Made by a program: the position numbers and the translations under genes
Shown: positions 56,504 through 64,000 of the stretch, piece after piece
How the letters are laid out: the number at the start of each line of letters is the position of its first letter
Position numbering within the stretch: the stretch's first letter is position 1
Notes under the pieces: model-generated
The model's input: only the letters and a program-made list of their open reading frames with translations
What the model was told of the DNA's origin: nothing
The model's database searches: none
Assembly (NCBI GenBank): GCA_964459075.1
Contig: CAYWKE010000001.1
Location: 4,626-68,625 of the forward strand
Length of the DNA stretch: 64,000 bases
From: an uncultured Candidatus Saccharibacteria bacterium
GTDB taxonomy: Bacteria; Patescibacteriota; Minisyncoccia; Phycocordibacterales; UBA12088
Direction of reading: 5' to 3'

Positions 56504-59500
56504 CTAGAACGTAGGGATGATGATGTACTGGATGCTCGTCGAGTACTGACCGGGGGGCTGATCGTCCGACACCTCGACACGGTACACGATGTCGTGGGAC
56601 TCCCCTTCGACCGGCGTTCCGCTGTAGACGACCTCCTCAAGTTCAAGCGAGAACGCTGCGTAGGAGTCGTCGAGCAAGAATCGAGTAGACCCGCCACCGA
56701 GAGTGTTGTCCCCAGCGTGGTACCCCCAGCACCCCGTGAACGCAGTAAGGTCGCACGCGCTGCTCCAGGAAAGTGGCGCAGTGTTGCTTGCGGCCACGGT
56801 CGGGATGACCCCTCCGAGATCGCTCATGAACTGCATGCGCTTGCCGAGGAGGATCTGGTAGCCCCGGGGCGCATTCGTCGAGACCGTGAGGCGCTGCGCA
56901 GCGCGCGACGAGGTGCCGAAGTTGAGGTTCCCGAAGGGCACTGAGGTGGCGCTCGTTTGCACATCGGTCACGATACCCTCGGTCGAGCTACCCGCTGACA
57001 CGCCTGCGATCGAGAATGAGAGAGACGCTCCTTCGGTCGTGAGCGACGGGTAGCTCGAGCTGCCATTGGGAGGAATGGGGGTATTCTGCAGCGTATCGTA
57101 CAGGCGGAAGAAGTACGTGCGGTTCCCCGGCGCACCAGCGTGACGGACGGTGAACTCGTGCTCGGCAGCGGCGTTGGCTTGGATCTCAAAGGTGATAGGG
57201 CCTTCCGCCGAGAGCACGCCTACGTCCGAGGTGGCGAGGTAGCCAACGCGCTCGTTGGTGTGGGTGCGCTCCCCATCGTCGCGCTCGTCGATCGCAAAGC
57301 TCGTTGAGGTAGGAGCCGCGACCTCGTAGCGCACCCAGCCGCCTTCAGCGCCGTTGCGCGTCTGCTTACTCGCGAGAATGAGCGGGTCGCCCATGAACGT
57401 ATCGAAATCGAACGCTTCTGCGTACCACGGAATATCCGTCCACCCGGTGACCAGGGTCGACGTGGTCGCCGCAACGAGGTCGAGGTCGTTATTCCCGAAC
57501 ATCCCCGCATCGAGTGCGACCCACCCGAACACTTCAGGCGCAGCGGGTTCGCGGGTCTCACCATCAGGCACCTCGATGGCGCAGGTGAACTGACCTGCGG
57601 TGACCCCGTACTGGCTCGCGGTCAAAAAGTCGGGGAGAGAGGTGTTGTTGTCACTCTGGAGCGCCGTGAGGAGGACGGGCGGAGCCGTGAAGGCCTGTGC
57701 GAAGGTACAGGTCGCATCACTCGTGCTTACGACCGCATTCCCATAGTACTCACTCAACTCCGCAAGCCCCGCGTCGACCAGCACACCTCCGGGCAAGACG
57801 TAGTCGCCCGCTTCCATGACGAGGTAGCTCACGCGCTCGAGTCCGTGGTCATCGAGCTCGTTGTCGGGCTCTGCGACCCGCACCGTAAAGGAGGTCGCGG
57901 AGGTCGCAGTGATGATCGCGGCAGCGGGGTCATTCGCAGGAGCACCGGTCGAGTCACCGGTGATGGCCTCGGCAATGACGACCGGGTTCTCGTAGGTGCC
58001 GGTGAGGTTTATGAGAACGGGGGTCGCCCCTACGAGCGCCGTGCCGACCTCACCCACGGTCTGGGGCACGAACGAGCGTTCGTTATGGGTGCCGCACCCG
58101 TCGCCTACCCCCGCAACACACGCGTCGGCCTCAGCGAAGATCGCACTCGGGATCGTTTCGTGCTCAACACCCCCGCCGTCTGCGTAGCAGAAGAGCGACT
58201 GCCCCTCAACACACTGGTCGGCATCAACAACATCGAACACCTCGCCCGAGAAGTCCGAGGTCTCCGAGAACTGGAGGCGCGATTTGAGGAACCCAGAAGA
58301 GCCCGAGGTCTCCGCGACCATGATGCGCAACTTGATCTCGTTGTTGTACGTAAGGTCGGTCGGCGCGGTGTTACTCGCCGCAAGCGCAACGGTAGGCGTT
58401 GTGGAGGTCGCATCATCGAACCACTGCCACGACCCTGACTCCAGCGAGAAGCCGCTAGTGTAGAGCGTCGGGTAGTACACGTAGTCGTCGAGTGTCGTTT
58501 GATCCGCACGCACCATGCGGAAGCAGTAGTACGTGGATTCCGTCGCCCCGTTGTTCTGCACGACCCAGTCGTAGACGACGTCCTCACCGATAGCCACCCG
58601 GTATGGATTGACGACCGAGAGTCCATCCTCCTCGTACGTTCCCGCTCGATCACCGACCGAGAGAATGAGGTCCCCTACGGTGGGAGGGTCCCCCGAGAGC
58701 GCCGCGCCATCTGCGGGGCTCGCATTGAAGCCGCGCCAAGGAGCTGATGAAGAGCCGGGAAGCCCAAGGTTCTTCCAGCCCGTTGATGCTGAACACGAGC
58801 CCGCGCGCTCGACCCACTGCAGCCGAAACTGCGCCCCAGCTGCGGTCAGCACACCCCCTGCCACCTGCACGCTCATGCGAATGCGAAGCGTCTGTCCAGG
58901 ACCTGGCGGCTCATCAACGGGCGTGATCGCGGTGAACTCACCCAGGCTCGCCAACCCTTCCGGCCACGCGTCGGTGGGCAGAAGTGCGTCATTGTTCACG
59001 AAGAACTGGTAGTAGTTCTGCGTGAGGGTACGCTGAGCGGTGGGCCACTCAACCACCTCTACGCGGTAGGTGCGCGTCTGGCTGACCGCATCTGAGACGA
59101 AGAACTCGAACTGCGTCGTTGAGATGATGGAGTAGCTGATCATCGGGCGCGGGAAGCGCGATCCTGTTCCCGAGACGCGATTGTTCATGAACATCGACGC
59201 AGCAGTGACCTCGTCAAGGGTCGTGTTGAGCGCACGTGCTTCTTGCGTCGGTGACGTTGGTTCATTGTGGGTATCCTGGAACCGGGTGACCTCCATCACA
59301 TCACCTGAGGCCTGGAGGTTCTCGATGACCCACGCGACCCCCGTGTGCAAACCGGGGTTATCGGCACCCGGCTCCAAGCGAAAGAGTATCTCGGTCGTAC
59401 TGGCGATCCATACTTCTTGCCCGAACTCCTCGAGGTTGGCATCAGTGCCCGAGCGTTTCTGGGTATGGATGAAGGCGCGTGAGGTATCAGTGAGCGAAAT

Positions 59501-62500
59501 CGGCTCGGGCTCATCGACGATATCCGATACGTACGCGTGCTCGATGCGCTGTACACTCCAGTTCGATCCACGAAACTCAACGACCGCAACTGAAACGGCC
59601 GCTGTGTCGCCGCCCGTGAGATCGCGCACCAGCGTTGCTTGGTCCGTTGAGGAAGAGTAGCTCGCGGTGGTCTGCGTGGTGTTGTACGCCGTTCCGGTAT
59701 CATCCCCTGCTGCTGCCGTGATGAAGACAGCTACGTTGTCCTTGTTCGTGATGCTGGTAAGGGGCGGGGTCGAGGTCGAGGTTTGCACTGAGTTCATGGT
59801 CATCGGTGCCGCGTAGTGGACCACTATCTCGTTGTCACCCCCCGTGGGACCGATGTACTCGATGATCTCCCACGCGAGGTAGGTATCATCCACCGTCCCG
59901 AATCGCGCGAACTCGATCCCCGAGGCGAAGTCATTTGGGTTGGTAATGTAGACCGTCACATCATCCACGTTCTGGTTCCCCGTCCCGCCCGTCGAGAGAC
60001 CTGCGCCGGTCTCGTGGGTGACGGTGAGGCGTACGTAGGCGCGCGATGGTGTGCGCGGTACGACGTAGTCGACCCCGGCCACGAGCTGCTTCGTCGTACT
60101 CCCCACATCGATCGTGGTGGTGCCGCGCTGCACGAAGAAGTCTTGGTTAGGCCGAATGGACCCTTGTGCGTACGTGCTATATCCCTCAAGTGGCGAGCCG
60201 GCGTCCGTCAGGCGGAAGCAGTAGTCGGTGTCGAGGTCTGCCTGCGAGGTCGCCTCGATCGAGTACTCAAGCTCAACGAACTCACCCGGCGAGAGTGTGA
60301 GGGCTCCCGTCTCGCTCGTTGACTCACGCACACCTCCGTTGCTCACCTCGAAGTCACCTGAGGGTGGATTGGTGAGTCCGCCGTCCGCCTCGGGGATGTC
60401 GGTCGTGTTCGTTGCCTCAACGATATTGTCGGAGAGCGCCATGTCCCAGTCCCCGCCGGTGTCACCGACATCACTCCACCCCGAGGCCGCTCCACAGCTT
60501 CCCGGATTCTCCGCGTACTCGAGCCGCAGCTGCTTGGGGGCTGACGTGGCAAGCCCGGTGTTGTGTACCCCCACCCGCAGACGGTGCGGCTCGGCGCGCA
60601 CGACGTTGGTGAAGGGCGTGTCTTCGACCCCACCGGTCATCGACGTCGCTCCGGTCTCATTCCCGTCGTCATTGCGCCAGTGGAAACCGAACTGGTCAAG
60701 CGTCTCGCCCTGGATCGTGGTCGCGCCGGGTATCTCGACCGCAACGTTCGGAGCGACCGCGGCACCTCCAGCGTCAACGTCGGTCTGCGGATTCGTGATC
60801 TCAAGCTCGATGGTCTCACCGTTACTCGCCAAGGTGGTGATGTCCATGACCGGGTAGAGACAGATGGCCTGCGTCGAGGATGCTTCGAGCGAATCCGTGA
60901 AGGTCGACACGCCGTTCGGGCCAGAGAAGCCGTTGCCGTCGGTCGCGCCGAACTGCGCTTCGCCCCCACCAAAGCTCTCGCCGGTGCAGTCGTGGGGTGC
61001 AGTGGTATCGAGGTCGTAGTACAGCTCGATGTTCTCCAAACCCGTCGAACCATCGACCGTCCCCGCCTCAGCAAGCGTGATCTCGGTGATGAGATGGCTG
61101 TCACCCGGGGTGGTATCGGTGATGACGAACCCACCGCCTAGGTAGTTCCCGCTCATGCTCTTGTCGAGCGCAGCCACCTGCGTCCCCGTCGCACTAACCA
61201 GAAGGTCGGCGATGATGGTGACCTCGGGGTACGCGTCGTAGACATCAAGCGGCGTACCTCCGCGAGACGCACGGAAGCAGTAGGTCGTTCCCTCGATCGC
61301 GCTTGGGGTCGAGCGTAGCGAGAACTCGAATTCTGCTTGATCATTCGCAGCGAGCGCGAGTGAGCCGGTCTGCGAGGTCTCGTCACGCACGCCGCCGTTC
61401 GCCACCAGGAAGGTTCGGCCATCATCGGAGACGCCGCCAGTCGACGTGCCGATGTTGGTGGTGTTGGTGCCTTCGGTGAGATTGGTGCTCGTCGCGATGT
61501 CCCAGTCGCCGCCGACCGCGCCCACGTCGACCCATCCGATCGATGTTGAGCAGAGGCCGGTATTTGCCGCGTACTCGATGCGGTACGTCGAGGCAGGCGC
61601 GGCCGCGCCACCGGTGTTACCGATCCCCAAGCGCAGTCGCCGCGCACTTCCCTTGGCCAGGGTTGTAAGGGGCGTGTCCTCGACCCCACCCGTGGCTGAA
61701 GAGGCGGTGGTCTCCGTGCCGTTGTCGAGCCGCCAGTGGTAGTGCGCCTGCCTGAGGACTGAGCGCGTGAGAGTGGTCACGCCATCGATAGCGACCGGAT
61801 CGTCCGGATCGACCGCGCCCGCAAGTACACTAACCTCGGTCGAGGGATCGTCGATCGACAGCTCGATTGTTTGGCCATTGCTCGCATTCGACAGAACATC
61901 CACGACCACGTAGACACACATCGTCGAGGTAGTGCTGATGTTCACTGAACCGGTGAAGCTTGAAACACCATCAGGCCCCGAGAAGCCGTTGGTGTCGAGC
62001 GCGCCGAACTGACTGTCGAGCGCGCTGTAGCTCTCACTTGCGCAGTCGTACGGTGCCGAGGTATCGAGATCGTACCGCAACCGAATGTTGTCGAGTGCGT
62101 TCTGACCGTTGACCGTTCCTGACTCCGTGACCGTGATGCCCGTGATCGTCTCGGTGTCGCGACTTGCCGATAGGGCAAAGGCGCCGCCGACGTGGGTTTG
62201 GGTCGATGGAATGGTGATCGAGGTTGTCTGGGTGCCACGCGATCTCACGACGACATCTTCGGGAATGAGCGTGTCGAGTCGGACACCCTGTACCGCGTAG
62301 CGCTCTCCCACGAAGATGGAATTGGGGTCGTTATCCGATGAGAGGTTCGTATTCCTGAGCGAGACCGCGCTTCCCATCGTCAGGCCGTTGAGGAGGATAC
62401 CGTGAGAAGCACCCGCGTCGTTGTCACCAAAGCCGCGTTTGTACTTTCCGAACGAGCCGTACTGGTAGGGCCCTCCATCAACATGCCACGCCCACGAAGG

Positions 62501-63733
62501 ATACTGGCGCACGTTGTTCGTGGTACCGCCGTTGCCCCAGAACGAGCCCAAAAAGAGATAGTCGCCATCGCGCTCGATGGTGACGTTCTCACTATTGCTC
62601 GAGGTGCTGTGCGAGAAGGCTGTCGCGTCGACCTGCTGCTGCGTGTCCCAGGTGATGGGTTCGTTAACCGTGTCAGTGCGCAGTCCTCCGCCCGCTTCGT
62701 AGAGCTGCACGTACTCAGCGGTGTCGGGGAGTTTGGCGATCGAGATCGCTGCCTGGTCTGCCACTGTTGTTATCGCGCCGCACGCCGCACTGCCACACCC
62801 CACCTCAAGCGTGACTACCTGCCCGCTTGAGGTAGCCTCAATGATGCCCACGTAGGTCGCTGCGTGATCCTGTGTGCTGTCGGTCCCGCGAATGTAAGCC
62901 GAGGTCCGCACGCCCGGCAGCTCTACCCCATCTAGAGCGAGTCGCATGTTGTAGATGCGCCTACCCGTACCACTGTTGCGAAACATGACGTTTGCGGTGA
63001 CGAGGTAGTGCCCGGGGTCGGTCAGGGTGATGGCACTCCCCGAGCGAGAGAAGCTTGCAGGATCAAGCTCATCATTCGTGGTCCATACGAGCGGGGTGAA
63101 TGCCGTGGGAACCGTAAGCGAATCGGTCTTGCGAATGCGCGCGTAGTCCCACACCGTATCGAGTCGCAGAATGGTGAGTCCGGCCTCATTTGCGCGACGA
63201 CGCACGGTAGCGGTGTTGGCATCTGTTCGCTGCGCCTGTATGGAGATGGTCTCATTAGCGCCGGTCGTCTCAATGATCGCGGAGGCAGAGACGAGACACT
63301 CGTCTGTACCGTCTGTGCGGCGAATGTAACAAGTGCCCCGCCCATAGGCGATGGGTGAGCCGTTCTGGAGAATGCGACCCTGTATCTCGCTTCGATTGCT
63401 CCCACCGGTCGACTCCACACCGAAGTTGTATAAGACAAGGTAGTGCCCCGGATCAGCGAGCGTCACCGTGTTGTTCGCACCATTGATGGAGAAGCCCGCA
63501 CTCTCAGTGACCGGCGTATCGAAATCGAGAGTGACGTTGCTGGTCCCGATGGTCTCAAGGCCGGTCGCCTCGCGGTAGATGGCGTAGTCACCCACTGCAG
63601 CACGCCCCTCTCCACCCCACACGAAGAGGAGTGCTCCTACAGCAACGAGTGAAACAACGAGAAGACCCACGCCGCTACGGCGTGCTGCATGGGTTGCTTG
63701 GTATCTGCTTATGATCGCCCACGCCCTCCGCAT
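56504..63733 (-). CDS. Large (2409 aa) secreted adhesin-like protein: three C1q/BclA-like domains, tandem repeats, lectin-like repeats, 'type B' C-terminus
   Basis: Signal peptide; three [VI]T[LI]...G.YL modules; repeated RLR...YCFR domain; C-terminus LSFSIAGV...ATSVPFG.L...AQRL.VSTNA..G...GQYSTSIQYIIIPTF matches 52277..53470. Confidence 0.88.
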   Translation of the reverse strand: MRRAWAIISRYQATHAARRSGVGLLVVSLVAVGALLFVWGGEGRAAVGDYAIYREATGLETIGTSNVTLDFDTPVTESAGFSINGANNTVTLADPGHYLVLYNFGVESTGGSNRSEIQGRILQNGSPIAYGRGTCYIRRTDGTDECLVSASAIIETTGANETISIQAQRTDANTATVRRRANEAGLTILRLDTVWDYARIRKTDSLTVPTAFTPLVWTTNDELDPASFSRSGSAITLTDPGHYLVTANVMFRNSGTGRRIYNMRLALDGVELPGVRTSAYIRGTDSTQDHAATYVGIIEATSSGQVVTLEVGCGSAACGAITTVADQAAISIAKLPDTAEYVQLYEAGGGLRTDTVNEPITWDTQQQVDATAFSHSTSSNSENVTIERDGDYLFLGSFWGNGGTTNNVRQYPSWAWHVDGGPYQYGSFGKYKRGFGDNDAGASHGILLNGLTMGSAVSLRNTNLSSDNDPNSIFVGERYAVQGVRLDTLIPEDVVVRSRGTQTTSITIPSTQTHVGGAFALSASRDTETITGITVTESGTVNGQNALDNIRLRYDLDTSAPYDCASESYSALDSQFGALDTNGFSGPDGVSSFTGSVNISTTSTMCVYVVVDVLSNASNGQTIELSIDDPSTEVSVLAGAVDPDDPVAIDGVTTLTRSVLRQAHYHWRLDNGTETTASSATGGVEDTPLTTLAKGSARRLRLGIGNTGGAAAPASTYRIEYAANTGLCSTSIGWVDVGAVGGDWDIATSTNLTEGTNTTNIGTSTGGVSDDGRTFLVANGGVRDETSQTGSLALAANDQAEFEFSLRSTPSAIEGTTYCFRASRGGTPLDVYDAYPEVTIIADLLVSATGTQVAALDKSMSGNYLGGGFVITDTTPGDSHLITEITLAEAGTVDGSTGLENIELYYDLDTTAPHDCTGESFGGGEAQFGATDGNGFSGPNGVSTFTDSLEASSTQAICLYPVMDITTLASNGETIELEITNPQTDVDAGGAAVAPNVAVEIPGATTIQGETLDQFGFHWRNDDGNETGATSMTGGVEDTPFTNVVRAEPHRLRVGVHNTGLATSAPKQLRLEYAENPGSCGAASGWSDVGDTGGDWDMALSDNIVEATNTTDIPEADGGLTNPPSGDFEVSNGGVRESTSETGALTLSPGEFVELEYSIEATSQADLDTDYCFRLTDAGSPLEGYSTYAQGSIRPNQDFFVQRGTTTIDVGSTTKQLVAGVDYVVPRTPSRAYVRLTVTHETGAGLSTGGTGNQNVDDVTVYITNPNDFASGIEFARFGTVDDTYLAWEIIEYIGPTGGDNEIVVHYAAPMTMNSVQTSTSTPPLTSITNKDNVAVFITAAAGDDTGTAYNTTQTTASYSSSTDQATLVRDLTGGDTAAVSVAVVEFRGSNWSVQRIEHAYVSDIVDEPEPISLTDTSRAFIHTQKRSGTDANLEEFGQEVWIASTTEILFRLEPGADNPGLHTGVAWVIENLQASGDVMEVTRFQDTHNEPTSPTQEARALNTTLDEVTAASMFMNNRVSGTGSRFPRPMISYSIISTTQFEFFVSDAVSQTRTYRVEVVEWPTAQRTLTQNYYQFFVNNDALLPTDAWPEGLASLGEFTAITPVDEPPGPGQTLRIRMSVQVAGGVLTAAGAQFRLQWVERAGSCSASTGWKNLGLPGSSSAPWRGFNASPADGAALSGDPPTVGDLILSVGDRAGTYEEDGLSVVNPYRVAIGEDVVYDWVVQNNGATESTYYCFRMVRADQTTLDDYVYYPTLYTSGFSLESGSWQWFDDATSTTPTVALAASNTAPTDLTYNNEIKLRIMVAETSGSSGFLKSRLQFSETSDFSGEVFDVVDADQCVEGQSLFCYADGGGVEHETIPSAIFAEADACVAGVGDGCGTHNERSFVPQTVGEVGTALVGATPVLINLTGTYENPVVIAEAITGDSTGAPANDPAAAIITATSATSFTVRVAEPDNELDDHGLERVSYLVMEAGDYVLPGGVLVDAGLAELSEYYGNAVVSTSDATCTFAQAFTAPPVLLTALQSDNNTSLPDFLTASQYGVTAGQFTCAIEVPDGETREPAAPEVFGWVALDAGMFGNNDLDLVAATTSTLVTGWTDIPWYAEAFDFDTFMGDPLILASKQTRNGAEGGWVRYEVAAPTSTSFAIDERDDGERTHTNERVGYLATSDVGVLSAEGPITFEIQANAAAEHEFTVRHAGAPGNRTYFFRLYDTLQNTPIPPNGSSSYPSLTTEGASLSFSIAGVSAGSSTEGIVTDVQTSATSVPFGNLNFGTSSRAAQRLTVSTNAPRGYQILLGKRMQFMSDLGGVIPTVAASNTAPLSWSSACDLTAFTGCWGYHAGDNTLGGGSTRFLLDDSYAAFSLELEEVVYSGTPVEGESHDIVYRVEVSDDQPPGQYSTSIQYIIIPTF
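60160..62255 (-). repeat. Intragenic tandem duplication (two units of ~1.05 kb)
   Basis: GTQ...GG.F...E.GTV.G...L.NI.L.YDLDT.AP.DC..ES...QFGA.D.NGFSGP.GVS.FT.S...ASNG.TIEL.I and TGGVEDTP...YCFR each occur twice. Confidence 0.85.
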
Positions 63734-63735
63734 AT

Positions 63736-64000
63736 CTACCCCTCGTTAGGTTCCCCCTCTTCAAGCTTCGTACTGCTTGCGGTTCCGGGGAGCACGGCTG
63801 CACCGGTGTCATCGACCGGCGTGACCGGATCGGGCGCTGGCATGGGGATGGGGGTCAGCGGTATCTCTTCATCGTTCGCCACATCGTAGCCGATGGTCTC
63901 TATGGCACCATCCTCACTGCGGTTATCGATGAGGAGTGCGAAGCGAGGGTTCTCGTACTTCCCGTCCCCACGCTTCTTCACCAGGGAGAAGCGCTCGGTC
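63736..64000 (-). CDS. C-terminal part of a hypothetical protein (5' end outside window)
   Basis: Open frame to the window edge, Pro-rich tail, stop 2 nt before the start of the 2409-aa gene. Confidence 0.6.
   Translation of the reverse strand, partial: TERFSLVKKRGDGKYENPRFALLIDNRSEDGAIETIGYDVANDEEIPLTPIPMPAPDPVTPVDDTGAAVLPGTASSTKLEEGEPNEG

Overview
GC-rich bacterial DNA, densely coding and almost all on the minus strand. The gene content and protein style suggest a Patescibacteria/CPR (Parcubacteria-like) genome, which is an inference. 1-6.5 kb holds membrane/stress genes (DUF2339-like, AI-2E, YtxH-like, DUF4382-like, CAP, VIT1, NnrE-like). 6.5-12.5 kb is a compact glycerate kinase-ppsA-D-2-hydroxyacid dehydrogenase-enolase operon. 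12.6-64 kb is one cell-surface locus with two giant secreted proteins (~6765 aa and 2409 aa), two shorter proteins sharing their C-terminal WxL/Csu-like domains, four DUF916-like membrane-anchored putative chaperones, cohesin and dockerin proteins, a MacB-type ABC pair, an FN3 protein and an Hsp20. Best candidates for something new: (1) two parallel, apparently usher-less, chaperone-assisted surface fibres anchored by dockerin-cohesin pairs; (2) three promoters with a DnaA box exactly 32 bp upstream of a TATACT -10 box, while many other genes look leaderless; (3) domain-within-domain insertions in the giant proteins. I saw no rRNA, tRNA, CRISPR array or transposase. All domain calls come from motif recognition by eye, not database searches.
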